The translations under genes and the position numbers were made by a program. A stretch of 40,383 bases of DNA, taken from positions 1 through 40,383 of the forward strand of contig JAOUEV010000032.1 in the NCBI GenBank assembly GCA_029858565.1. The letters run 5' to 3'. A model generated the notes under the pieces. It saw only the letters and a list, made by a program, of their open reading frames with translations. It was not told where the DNA came from and ran no database searches. The DNA comes from Nitrospirota bacterium. Lineage in GTDB: Bacteria > Nitrospirota > UBA9217. Positions 18,794 to 28,327 of this stretch are shown here, piece after piece; the first letter of the stretch is position 1, and each line of letters opens with the position of its first letter.

Positions 18794-19050
18794 GGTTCTC
18801 CTTAGAAAGCGCCGCAGAGGGGGGATGGGTCCGCGCGCGGTGCGGGTAAAGGCGCATGCCGCAGGAACGCACCGCGTCCCTGAAACGATTACGGCAACAG
18901 CACCACGATGACAAACTTGGTACACATCGTTCGCCAACTGAGCATGCTGTCGCTTCTTTTACCGGAGAAAAGGGGAGAGCAGGAGAAGTCAGTGATCGAT
19001 GATGAGAGCCGGCCGCATCCAAGGCACAGCCTCATACTGATAGGTACGGC

Positions 19051-19078
19051 ATTATACAGCTTTTTTTTAAAGATGCAA
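19051..19078 (-). promoter_or_regulatory. Sigma70 promoter of the DEAD-box gene
   Basis: Minus strand TTGCAT-16 nt-TATAAT. Confidence 0.6.
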
Positions 19079-19120
19079 TGCTTTTATTCCTGGGCCTTGC
19101 AGCGTGATCGCCTGTCGTTT

Positions 19121-19702
19121 TCACTTCTTGTCTGACAGAAGGATCTGTCGCAGCCGTTCACGCGCCTCGGCCTCGCCCGTGGCGAGCACCGTCCCGTCGT
19201 CATCGGTCACCAGATATCGTATGGTGCCGGAGTATCGGCTGATCACCTCGGGCAGCGAAAGTCCGGACAGGACCTCCTCCATGACCTTGCGAGGGAAAAG
19301 GGAGGGCTGCCCCTGCTTGCCATCAAAGAGCAGAACGAGGATATTGTCCCGGCAGAACGGATGCTCCTCCAGCAAATCCTCGATCGTTGTCGGGCAGACC
19401 AGCGGATGGTCCGCGGGAAACACAATGACCGCGGTCGAGGCCGGATCGATATCCCGGAGCCCGGCGCGCAACGACCCGTCGGCAGCGATCACCCGCACGG
19501 ACAGTCCGGCAAGCGCCTCGACGACCCTGTCCCGCACGGTCTCGTCGACAGTCACAATGACCTCGGAGACCTTCGCTTCAAGGAGTGACTCGACGCACCG
19601 TCGGACCGCAGGGCGGTCAGGAACCGGAAAAAATAGTCCGGACGAACCAGCTGCTTCGAAAGAAGCATGAGCGGTCACAACAGCCGAGATCTTGAACTGC
19701 AT
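19121..19702 (-). CDS. MobA/MocA-like nucleotidyltransferase-fold protein, degenerate
   Basis: SLRAGL, FPADHPLV, GQPSLFPR resemble the MocA/YgfJ pattern; N-terminal LAAG..RMG..K absent; SD AAGGAG. Confidence 0.65.
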   Translation of the reverse strand: MQFKISAVVTAHASFEAAGSSGLFFPVPDRPAVRRCVESLLEAKVSEVIVTVDETVRDRVVEALAGLSVRVIAADGSLRAGLRDIDPASTAVIVFPADHPLVCPTTIEDLLEEHPFCRDNILVLLFDGKQGQPSLFPRKVMEEVLSGLSLPEVISRYSGTIRYLVTDDDGTVLATGEAEARERLRQILLSDKK

Positions 19703-19807
19703 GCGGTCTCCTTCACCGTTCAGCTGCCCTCTGCCGCACACTGCACTTGAATCTCCAGGAAAATGTGGCGGGATATCGCTCTCGCAGGCATGAGCAAAAG
19801 CGAGGAA

Positions 19808-20722
19808 TTACCCCTTCAGCATTTCCTCGATCGTGATCCTCACCGAATCGCACAAAGAAGGATGATCATATCCTCCTTCCAGCACGAAGATGACCGGGAC
19901 ATCAGCGCAGGCCAGGATGCTCCGGATAATGGCATGAATGCCTTCATGGGTCACACGGATGTTCGCATGGGGATCATTGGCGTGAATATCATACCCCGCC
20001 GAGACCAGGATGAGGTCCGGCCCGAACCGCTCCACCACGCCGGGGAGGATATCCTGATACACGGCAAGATATTCCTTGTTTCCCGAGCCTGCGAGGATCG
20101 GGACATTGTAAGTATATCCTTCTCCGGGGCCGCGGCCCCGCTCCATGTCCTTGCCGGTGTCCGGATAGTAGGGATACTGGTGGGTGCTGAAATAGAAAAC
20201 CGAGTCGTCCTCCTCGAATATGTGCTGCGTACCGTTCCCGTGGTGGGCGTCGAAATCGATGATAAAGACCTTGCCGTACCCCGTGGCACGCGCGTGCGCA
20301 GCGCCGACCGCCACGTTATTGAAGATGCAGAATCCCATCGCCTTATCAGCCTCGGCGTGATGGCCCGGCGGCCTGACCGCGCAAAACAGACACCGCATGC
20401 CCTGCCGGCTCTGGTCCACTGCCTCGATCACAGCTCCGGCGGCATGGAGCGCCGCGTCAAAGGTCCCTGCGGAAAGATAGGTGTCGGGATCCGCCTCACC
20501 AGGTGCGAGATGCCGCATCCGTTCGATATGATCTCGCGTATGGACCCGAAGAAGTTCGTTATCCCCAGCCATTCTCGGCTTGATGGGTGTCAACCGGGCC
20601 CAGAGCCCGGCCGCCTTGAGTGTCGCAATGATGTTCACCAGACGGTCAGGGGAGTCCGGGTGCCACGACGGCGGCTCGTGAAGCAGGAAGACATCGTCGT
20701 ACAGAAATCCGACCGTGCTCAT
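19808..20722 (-). CDS. Histone deacetylase family (Zn-dependent) amidohydrolase
   Basis: RPPGHHA, GFCIFNN, DFDAHHGNGTQ, SAGYD, LEGGY. Confidence 0.95.
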   Translation of the reverse strand: MSTVGFLYDDVFLLHEPPSWHPDSPDRLVNIIATLKAAGLWARLTPIKPRMAGDNELLRVHTRDHIERMRHLAPGEADPDTYLSAGTFDAALHAAGAVIEAVDQSRQGMRCLFCAVRPPGHHAEADKAMGFCIFNNVAVGAAHARATGYGKVFIIDFDAHHGNGTQHIFEEDDSVFYFSTHQYPYYPDTGKDMERGRGPGEGYTYNVPILAGSGNKEYLAVYQDILPGVVERFGPDLILVSAGYDIHANDPHANIRVTHEGIHAIIRSILACADVPVIFVLEGGYDHPSLCDSVRITIEEMLKG

Positions 20723-20970
20723 ATCCTCATTATACCGGAGTCCGCCTTTTCCTGCAGGGCCTCTTCCATTCTCCCTGTTCCCGATTCCCCTCTGCAATGG
20801 CCCTGAGGACTTCGGGGCCGAAGGCGATCGGTTCCGGATCAGGCTTCCGGTCATGTCGCAGGGGGTCCACAGAATTCTTTTGTTCTCGCAGAGCTGATGG
20901 CCGTAACTGCTTGGGAACATCTTCTGCCTTGCGGCACGGCCCGCTGTTCCGCTATAATGGCCCCATCGCC

Positions 20971-21720
20971 ATGCGACCTTCTCCGCTTCTCGATCAGATC
21001 AGCATCGTCCTCGTCCGCACCAAAACACCGGGCAATATCGGCGCGGTCGCACGATGCATGATGAACATGGGCCTGTCACGGCTCGTGCTGGTGCGGCCGC
21101 CTGCTGACCGCGACGGCGACGCCGTGCGCCTGGCCGCGGGCGCCGCGGACATCATTGCGAAGGCCGAGCGCCATGCCACCCTGCGCGAAGCGGTGGCAGG
21201 GTACGAACTCGTTATCGGCACGACCCGCCACCGGGGAAAACTGCGCAAGAACATCCACACGCCCCGCCTTTTGGCCGATCAAGTTGTCCCACTTCTCGCG
21301 GAGAACCGTGTTGCCGTTGTATTTGGACGGGAGGTCAACGGCCTGAGCCGGGCCGATCTTGCGCTCTGCCGCGAACTCATCGCGATCCCTTCATCAGATG
21401 CTTTTCCCTCGCTGAACCTTTCCCATGCCGTGGCGATCGTGGCCTACGAACTGTTCATTGCTTCACGGGCTTTCGGCGACGCTTCCCGCGAGCGACCTGT
21501 CCGCCGGCTGGCGACAGCCCGGGACCAGGAGCACTTCTATGAACATCTTCAATCAACGCTGCAGGATATCGGATTTCTCGACCAGAAGCAGCCGGAGCGG
21601 ATGATGGCGACCTTGCGCAGCCTCTTCAGCCGCGCTCAGCCTGATAACCGGGATATCAACATCCTGCGCGGCATCCTGACCAGCATCGGCAGGACCATCA
21701 TTTCAAAGAAAACGCCGTAA
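20971..21720 (+). CDS. trmJ: SPOUT RNA methyltransferase, TrmJ/LasT family
   Basis: PGNIGAVARCMMNMG, VFGREVNGL, SLNLSHAV, ILRGIL; TATAAT at 20953-20958 implies a very short leader. Confidence 0.9.
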   Translation: MRPSPLLDQISIVLVRTKTPGNIGAVARCMMNMGLSRLVLVRPPADRDGDAVRLAAGAADIIAKAERHATLREAVAGYELVIGTTRHRGKLRKNIHTPRLLADQVVPLLAENRVAVVFGREVNGLSRADLALCRELIAIPSSDAFPSLNLSHAVAIVAYELFIASRAFGDASRERPVRRLATARDQEHFYEHLQSTLQDIGFLDQKQPERMMATLRSLFSRAQPDNRDINILRGILTSIGRTIISKKTP

Positions 21721-21927
21721 AACTACAACTTTAGATTTCATATACCCATACAATGGGTTTGACTTTGTTTTTTTCGCCGCAGTATATTTCAGTATCCTGT
21801 TCGCAAAGCAGGATTGTACACTGAAATTCTCTTCTGAGATCTGAATAGGATTGTTTGCCCTTTACAGGCATCAAGACCAGATCCGGGCGCCGGTATTCAG
21901 CAGAGAGATCATTACCAGGCGGTGGCC

Positions 21928-22284
21928 ATGTCAAAAACAGAATCGCTCAAAGTAACCAAGCTGAACTGCTGGGAGCACAAAAAGTGCGGCAGACAGCCGG
22001 GCGGCCACAAGGAAAAAGAGCTCGGCGTCTGTCCGGTCACGGTCCACGGCGATCTTGACGGCGCCCATGAGGGCAAGAACGGCGGCAGGGCCTGCTGGGC
22101 CATCGCGGGTTCGCTCTGCGGCGGCAAGATCCAGGGGACCTATGCGCAGAAACTTACGAACTGCTGGCGCTGCGATTTCATGAACGCCGTAAAAAAGGAA
22201 GAGGAGTCGGCGGAGTTTGGTTTTTCAGCCACGAAGCTCGGAATGGAAAGCGCGCTGGACAAGGTTCGGAAGACAAAGAAGTGA
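21928..22284 (+). CDS. Two-CW domain Cys-rich protein
   Basis: NCWEHKKC...CP...GRACWAIAGSLC...CWRCDF; 7 Cys. Confidence 0.85.
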   Translation: MSKTESLKVTKLNCWEHKKCGRQPGGHKEKELGVCPVTVHGDLDGAHEGKNGGRACWAIAGSLCGGKIQGTYAQKLTNCWRCDFMNAVKKEEESAEFGFSATKLGMESALDKVRKTKK

Positions 22285-22332
22285 TCCACGGCCTGCGCAG
22301 GCCGGTCTTGCGAGATACACCATCCCTTTTGC

Positions 22333-22539
22333 ATGAGCGGAAGGATCCGGGGCTCTTACGCGCAGAAGCTCTCGAACTGCTGGCGTTGCGATTTCATGAA
22401 CATGGTAAAGAAAGAGGAGGAGCCCACGGCCCACGGATTCTCGGCAACGAAGCTGGGCATGGAGCGGGCCATTGAAAAGCAGCGGATGGTTCCGGTGACG
22501 CCGTCAGCGCAGGCGGCGCGGATCAATTCGGACCACTGA
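22333..22539 (+). CDS. Partial paralog of the two-CW gene (C-terminal half); separate small gene, pseudogene or read-through extension
   Basis: GSYAQKLSNCWRCDFMNMVKKEEE...GFSATKLGME closely matches the upstream gene; same frame; no SD. Confidence 0.6.
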   Translation: MSGRIRGSYAQKLSNCWRCDFMNMVKKEEEPTAHGFSATKLGMERAIEKQRMVPVTPSAQAARINSDH

Positions 22540-22563
22540 GATATATCATCAGCTCACGCAACT

Positions 22564-22595
22564 AAAAACCCCCGGAGAGAATCTCCGGGGGTTTT
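22564..22595. terminator. Bidirectional intrinsic terminator
   Basis: AAAACCCCCGGAGA-GAA-TCTCCGGGGGTTTT between convergent units. Confidence 0.9.
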
Positions 22596-22664
22596 GTCGT
22601 TTTGGGAGAGCTGATAATGTTCTCGATTCCTGGAAGCAGCAACTACGGTTCTTATACAGCGTAG

Positions 22665-25238
22665 CTACATGAGCTTGGAGCGTATTCCCTCAAAATCTTT
22701 CCCCTTCGGCATGATGAACAGCCCCTTGCCGCTGCTTCGCGCTTCCCACAGCTCGCCAAGCCTGCGCTTTTCGGCGTTATCCGGCAGGTCCCAATCACGG
22801 CTGTTCTTATACTCCACGACGAGAATACGGCCATCATCCAGTTTGCAGACGAAGTCCGGATAGAAGCGGTCGGTCGCGGTCTGCAGGGAAAAAGAAGTCG
22901 GCTTGCGCTCCACATTGCGCACCCAATATTTCAATCCCGGAAGCTGCGTTGAAAGAAACAGGGCGCACTCAAACTCCTCGCCCGAGGCTTTCAGGTTCCC
23001 GATCTCCGGGAAGAAGTGCTTCGGCAGTTCCACGAAACCCTGGTAGGAATCATCGAATGCATACCGGCCATGTTGAAAAACCATCTCGCAGCTGCCGTCT
23101 GCGATGAATTGCTCGGGCACAAGCAGCATCTGCTGGTGTATACCGGCCATTGCTTGTTGTTTTGCTTCTGTGATCTTGTTTTCGAGCACCGCGCGCAGGC
23201 GGAACTTGGCGTAGCTCAATTCCTCTAACGAAAACCCCCGAGTGGTGATCAGCCAGGACACCGCCTTGTCGAGAAATGCGGCTTTCTCGTCCGGTAGAAT
23301 GCTTTCGTCAGGAATATTCCGCTCAAGCCAGGAAACAAGCTGCACCTGATCCCATCCTATTGCAATATCAAGCAAAGCCAGCTGCGCTTCGATATTGTCG
23401 ATATATTCGAACTTGATACTCTCCTCGCGAATAAAGAACCGGCCGCCTTGCGCCGCGAGTTGCGGTTTCTTAAACTCCGTCTCGGTCACTTCGCAAGGAA
23501 AATCCAGCAAACGCCATTCGCCCTGCAGAAGGTGGGTTTCCTCAAAAGGTTCCCACAGATCACCTTGACGCAGCGCAAGAAGCGGCACGCGGAACAATTC
23601 GCCCTGTTCGGACGGCGTTTTCTGGCGGGGAGCCGCGGGCGTCTTCAACCTGACCAGCGCAAGACGGATTGACTCTTTTCCTTCCGGCGTCTGAAATACG
23701 CCTTCCAGTGCTTCAGCTTGTTTTGCGGAAAAGCTGCCTTTGATCGTGATGGTTCCCATTTCAGGGGCTATTTCGATCTTATTGGTCAGTCCAGCAGGAA
23801 TTGCCTCGGGCGCGGGCAGCTCCGGCGCGCTGAAGGTAAGACCTGCCGACAGCGTGAAGAGATCTTCCGTTCCCGGTTCATCCACTGCATGGATGAGGTC
23901 ATTTGTTTCCTGCCGTTCGAACCCGTTCCGCACAAGGCCATCGCGAAGACTTGCCACGGTCGCCTGGAAATTGGTCGAGGTGATGAATGCGTATGCTTCG
24001 TTCAATTCCGTGCGCGTCTTACGGCTGGCTTTTGGCATGCGGAGAATGCGGCCGAGAATCTGTTCAGCCGCTGTCGCGGACTCGGTGTTTCGGAATGAGC
24101 AAAGCACGTACGCAAAAGGGCAGTCCCAGCCTTCGCGCAGTTTGTCGATCGTGATAATGAACCGTTTGCTCGATTTGTCGGACAACACATCCTCGCCCGC
24201 AAGGTCGTCCACGGCCCCGGTTGCGATCGCAATCTCGCCTTCAGGAACGCTGAAGTCGTCGATCAGAGCCTGTTTAACCTTCTCCGGAGTCAGGGTTTCA
24301 TGTTCAGCGCTGTGACGCTCGGCCTGGAGCAGCATAATAGGCCGCAAATATTCCCCGGTTGCCGCCTTTTCCGCGTCAGCCGCCGCCTGAAGTTTGTTAA
24401 GACAGGCGATTGCGTCCCGCAAGGCGTCCTGCCAGTTCTCCCGCCGTACTAGCTCCAGCGGCATCTTGATCATCTCAGCGGCCTGAAGCGACGACGCGCC
24501 GACGCTGTAGAGCACATTGCTCGGTTGGCGAATGCGGTCTGGTGTTGCCGTCAGTTCGAGGATCGCGCTCGGCTCGAACCGGGCAAGCGTCTCGAAAGCA
24601 AGCAGTGTACCTTGGTTGTGCGCCTCGTCAACGATTACGAAGGGCCGCCGCATCCGGATAGCGTCCACGAACGACTGATTCCCCACAATGCGCGGGTCCG
24701 TGATCCCCTCAAAATGCGATTGCATGTCGCTGTTCTGCTTGTAGACGTTCAGCCGCGCCATGTCCTCCTGCTTGAATGCCTGCATGGTTGCAACAATAAT
24801 TGCGTTCGTTGCATTCAGCACATGTGGCTTGACCCGCAGGGCCTCATCCAGGTCCATGACCGTTACTTCACCCAGCGCGGAGAAGACGACTTGGTGCAGA
24901 AGGTTGGTCGGTGTACGGAGCGCCCGCAGGGTCTGTTCGCGGATGGGCTCGGAAGGAACCAACCAAAGCGTCACGCTGTAACGGGTGAACAGCAGGCTCT
25001 TGTTCGCACGCTCAATCGCCAAGCCGCCGATCAGCGTCTTGCCGCCGCCGGTGGGGATGCGCAGGCAGACATAGGGGACTTGCGACAGCGTCGACAGAGC
25101 GCGATAGGTCAGCCTGACACCCCGCCATTCCTCCGTGGTATCTTCGTAGGCTTTGCGTGGGTCGTTGCTCAGTTTGCAGCGCTTGAAAAACGCTTCAAGT
25201 CTGTCCAGCGCCTCGGATTGGTATGCTTTGAGAATCAT
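22665..25238 (-). CDS. res: Type III restriction enzyme Res subunit (SF2 helicase plus PD-(D/E)xK nuclease)
   Basis: PTGGGKT, DEAH, TATP, LREGWDCP, QILGRILR, FYPDF...VEYK; ATGA overlap with mod. Confidence 0.92.
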   Translation of the reverse strand: MILKAYQSEALDRLEAFFKRCKLSNDPRKAYEDTTEEWRGVRLTYRALSTLSQVPYVCLRIPTGGGKTLIGGLAIERANKSLLFTRYSVTLWLVPSEPIREQTLRALRTPTNLLHQVVFSALGEVTVMDLDEALRVKPHVLNATNAIIVATMQAFKQEDMARLNVYKQNSDMQSHFEGITDPRIVGNQSFVDAIRMRRPFVIVDEAHNQGTLLAFETLARFEPSAILELTATPDRIRQPSNVLYSVGASSLQAAEMIKMPLELVRRENWQDALRDAIACLNKLQAAADAEKAATGEYLRPIMLLQAERHSAEHETLTPEKVKQALIDDFSVPEGEIAIATGAVDDLAGEDVLSDKSSKRFIITIDKLREGWDCPFAYVLCSFRNTESATAAEQILGRILRMPKASRKTRTELNEAYAFITSTNFQATVASLRDGLVRNGFERQETNDLIHAVDEPGTEDLFTLSAGLTFSAPELPAPEAIPAGLTNKIEIAPEMGTITIKGSFSAKQAEALEGVFQTPEGKESIRLALVRLKTPAAPRQKTPSEQGELFRVPLLALRQGDLWEPFEETHLLQGEWRLLDFPCEVTETEFKKPQLAAQGGRFFIREESIKFEYIDNIEAQLALLDIAIGWDQVQLVSWLERNIPDESILPDEKAAFLDKAVSWLITTRGFSLEELSYAKFRLRAVLENKITEAKQQAMAGIHQQMLLVPEQFIADGSCEMVFQHGRYAFDDSYQGFVELPKHFFPEIGNLKASGEEFECALFLSTQLPGLKYWVRNVERKPTSFSLQTATDRFYPDFVCKLDDGRILVVEYKNSRDWDLPDNAEKRRLGELWEARSSGKGLFIMPKGKDFEGIRSKLM

Positions 25239-26854
25239 AGTGCGTCGACCCGTAGTTTGTAGGGTAGCTGCTTAAAGACAATCTTCTCCCGCCGTAGCCG
25301 CTCCTGCCCAATCCGGCAGGCAGTGCCGTAGATCACCTTCGGCCCATCGTGCTTCGGCAGGTGAGCAAGAATCGCCGTGGTCAGCACATTCCCGCCGTCC
25401 GGCGCCTTGTCCTTCAGAATACCGTTATAGAGGAGATAGACGCCGAGGCCGTTGTACACGCCGATCAAGGGATTGTTCGACTTGGCCTGCTTCGGAAGCG
25501 GCTCGCCGGTTTCGGTGAAGAAGACATGACGGGCAAGGTCGGCAAAGCGAACAGTGTTCCGGATATTCCCGCGCTCGTCGAACAACGGCTCGCCAAGAGT
25601 GGCGAACCTGAATCCGCCGCCAAGCCCAGCAACCTTTTCACCTTTGGCATTCTTGTACCCTTCAGCAACACGCGTCATACGCATTGCCGTAATCTTTCTG
25701 CATATAGATGAATCGAGCTCGACGAGAATTGACCGCCGGCTACCGCCATCATCTTGGTTCATCTTGAATACAGCGTGTCCCGTAGAACCCGATCCTGCAA
25801 AAGAATCGAGGATGAGAGAATCTTTATCAGTTGATATAGATAATATTCGCTGTAAGAGTCTTGTTGGTTTTGGTGTAATAAAGACAGCAGCCGAGTCTTC
25901 AAAATCACAAACTGACAGCAATTCCTTCTTAGCTTCCTGCGTATTACCAACTTCAGTATGAAACCAGATCGTTTCTGGGACGACTCCTTCTTTGACCTCA
26001 CTGAGAAATCTTTTTAGTCGAGGCATATTATTACCCGTTTCGCCCCACCAAATACGATTATCTTTATCCAGTGACTTGAAGTTGTCCTCTGACACGCCCC
26101 AATAACGCCCCTTTGGCGGAGCCGCTATCACACGGCCAGATGGGCATGTAACAGAATAAGTTCCAAGACTGTAATAGTTCCTTGCTGACAAGTCACTCGA
26201 AGTCCACTGCCCTCTTGGATCACCATCAGGATTCTTGTATCTCGAATCCTGCTCGGCCGTTCTCATGATCAATTTGGGCTTCCAGATTGCCGCATTCTTT
26301 GCATAGAGCACGACATAATCATGGCTTTCTGAAAGATGTCTTGCCGAATTCTTGGGTGAAAATATCTTTTGCCATATAATCGTCGCCACGAAGTTATTCT
26401 TTCCGAATATCTCATCCATGACAGCCCGCAGATTCTGGACTTCGTTATCGTCAATGCTGATAAAAATCGCACCATCGTCGCGGAGAAAATGCCAGAGCAG
26501 GGCAAGGCGTGGATACATCATGCAAAGCCACTTATCATGCCGAGTTAAGTCTTCACCTTCACCCCCGACAGTCTTGCTGAGCCACTCCCGCATCTCCGGG
26601 CTGTTCACATTATCGTTGTAAATCCAGTTTTCATTGCCCGTATTGTACGGCGGATCGATATAGATGCACTTCACCTGCCCCGAGTAGTACGGAAGCAGGG
26701 CTTTGAGCGCGAGAAGGTTGTCCCCTTCGACTAGCAGATTGCCGCTGCCGGGATCGCCAACGGACAGCGATGGCTCCTCCTTCAGCAGATGAAACGGCAC
26801 CTGCTTGTGATGGTTTTCAACCGCTTTTCTTCCTATCCAGTTCAGAGTGGGCAT
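25235..26854 (-). CDS. mod: Type III Mod subunit, beta-class amino DNA methyltransferase
   Basis: EGDNL, IYIDPPYNTG, central TRD, TPKP, ILDSFAGSGSTG. Confidence 0.93.
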   Translation of the reverse strand: MPTLNWIGRKAVENHHKQVPFHLLKEEPSLSVGDPGSGNLLVEGDNLLALKALLPYYSGQVKCIYIDPPYNTGNENWIYNDNVNSPEMREWLSKTVGGEGEDLTRHDKWLCMMYPRLALLWHFLRDDGAIFISIDDNEVQNLRAVMDEIFGKNNFVATIIWQKIFSPKNSARHLSESHDYVVLYAKNAAIWKPKLIMRTAEQDSRYKNPDGDPRGQWTSSDLSARNYYSLGTYSVTCPSGRVIAAPPKGRYWGVSEDNFKSLDKDNRIWWGETGNNMPRLKRFLSEVKEGVVPETIWFHTEVGNTQEAKKELLSVCDFEDSAAVFITPKPTRLLQRILSISTDKDSLILDSFAGSGSTGHAVFKMNQDDGGSRRSILVELDSSICRKITAMRMTRVAEGYKNAKGEKVAGLGGGFRFATLGEPLFDERGNIRNTVRFADLARHVFFTETGEPLPKQAKSNNPLIGVYNGLGVYLLYNGILKDKAPDGGNVLTTAILAHLPKHDGPKVIYGTACRIGQERLRREKIVFKQLPYKLRVDAL

Positions 26855-26869
26855 AAAATAGGTTGGCCT

Positions 26870-27100
26870 TTAACTCGTTCTCACAAGATCCTGTTCTGTT
26901 ATTTCCATCAGTTCATCATTAACCAATTTGAGAAATACGGCCCTGATAAGCTCAGTTCGAGAGGCTTTCATCTTGCAATGATATGCGAGGTCGTCCTTTC
27001 CTTTGCTACGCAGCAGTGCGCGTTCATTCCACTTATCTTTTACTTCTTCAATCAGGAAGGATAGGCATTTCGCCACCTTTTCACTGTCCATGGGTTTCAT
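26870..27100 (-). CDS. Hypothetical 76 aa protein
   Basis: Strong SD AGGAGG; tightly packed between co-oriented genes. Confidence 0.6.
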   Translation of the reverse strand: MKPMDSEKVAKCLSFLIEEVKDKWNERALLRSKGKDDLAYHCKMKASRTELIRAVFLKLVNDELMEITEQDLVRTS

Positions 27101-27109
27101 GGCTGCCTC

Positions 27110-27571
27110 CTACTTCTCCCGCCTATAGCCCGCTTTGTCCAGCACATCACCAAGCTGCTGCCATTCCTTTTTCACATAATCTTCCGCACCAGCTGCTTTT
27201 GTCCATAAAGCATGAAACAAATTATTAACCCTGTCGGTTTCAGAAAAATCCGGATCCATAAGTCCTGAATCGATTGTTTCCACAGTCTTGTCTCCGGCTA
27301 ATTTCCCTATCGCTTCGTGGATTATCGATGCCGAAATCATTTCAACGTTGTCGCCTTGAACAGTGAAAAAAAATTCCTCATAATCAGCAGTAATCAGAAC
27401 GAGTCGATTAATCGAGCCATCCTTCGATTTCTTGTAACAGATTTCACGTATCGTCTTCCCGGCCATGCGCCTCAGGGCATCGCCACCAGTCAAAGGCGCC
27501 TGGCTGTTAACAGCATCCTGCAGCTTCCGGTCCATGTCCTCGTTCATGATCAACTCCGAAAAGCCCGGCAA
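27110..27571 (-). CDS. Hypothetical protein (start uncertain, possibly ATG at 27547)
   Basis: Fills the gap in a co-oriented operon; no recognised motif. Confidence 0.6.
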   Translation of the reverse strand: MPGFSELIMNEDMDRKLQDAVNSQAPLTGGDALRRMAGKTIREICYKKSKDGSINRLVLITADYEEFFFTVQGDNVEMISASIIHEAIGKLAGDKTVETIDSGLMDPDFSETDRVNNLFHALWTKAAGAEDYVKKEWQQLGDVLDKAGYRREK

Positions 27572-27574
27572 GGA

Positions 27575-28327
27575 TTACCCGGCGGCGCAGATCCCTATCC
27601 GATGCTCGTCGCCCACTGAAGTCGCCGGCATCTCATCCCACGTTCTTCCTTCGAGCGTTCTTCCTGCGGTTTTCTTCCTCACCCCGCCCCACTGCTTGAA
27701 GAAAAACGGCACCCTTGCCTTTTTACATTGATCGCGAATATCCGTCACCCATGCCGGGTTCATAGACCGCGCGCCAGGGCCGGATTCGCCGCCGACAATG
27801 ACCCAATCAATGCCGTCGAGATTCATATCCGGAATCGGCCCAAGCAGCGGCTCGATTGAAAGAAATTTCACGAATGCACCGGATTCTCGGAGAGAGTCTA
27901 TGCGATGTGCATAATCGCCGTTCTCAACAGTTACGCCCATCCAGATGTTCGAGGCCCATGGCAACTCCCGATGCAGTTCGAGCAATCTATCCGCCCGCTT
28001 TGTAAGAACCTGGAAGGTATGCCAGTGCGCGCGATTCATAACGTCAAAGACTTTCTGTATAAAAGACAAGGGAACGTCCTTCAAGAACAAGTCGCTCATA
28101 GAATTCACAAAGATCGTCTGCGGCTTTTTCCACTTGAGAGGCAGTTCCAAGGCGCGCTCATGCATGGCAAGTTTGAACCCATTGGCGTAATTCGGCTGGC
28201 CCATGGCCTGCAGCCGCTTCGCCATCCGTTCGGCGTAACAGTGCACGCATCCCGGGCTGATCTTGACGCAGCCGGTAACCGGATTCCAAGTGGACCCTGT
28301 CCATTCGATGGCGGATTTCTGACCCAT
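27575..28327 (-). CDS. DUF5131 (phage Gp37/Gp68) family protein, radical-SAM-like Cx6Cx2C
   Basis: [61 protein letters not shown]. Confidence 0.93.
   Translation of the reverse strand: MGQKSAIEWTGSTWNPVTGCVKISPGCVHCYAERMAKRLQAMGQPNYANGFKLAMHERALELPLKWKKPQTIFVNSMSDLFLKDVPLSFIQKVFDVMNRAHWHTFQVLTKRADRLLELHRELPWASNIWMGVTVENGDYAHRIDSLRESGAFVKFLSIEPLLGPIPDMNLDGIDWVIVGGESGPGARSMNPAWVTDIRDQCKKARVPFFFKQWGGVRKKTAGRTLEGRTWDEMPATSVGDEHRIGICAAG

Noticed and set aside
25235-26854. Phase-variable mod (phasevarion)
   Set aside because: No simple sequence repeat tract in the gene or upstream
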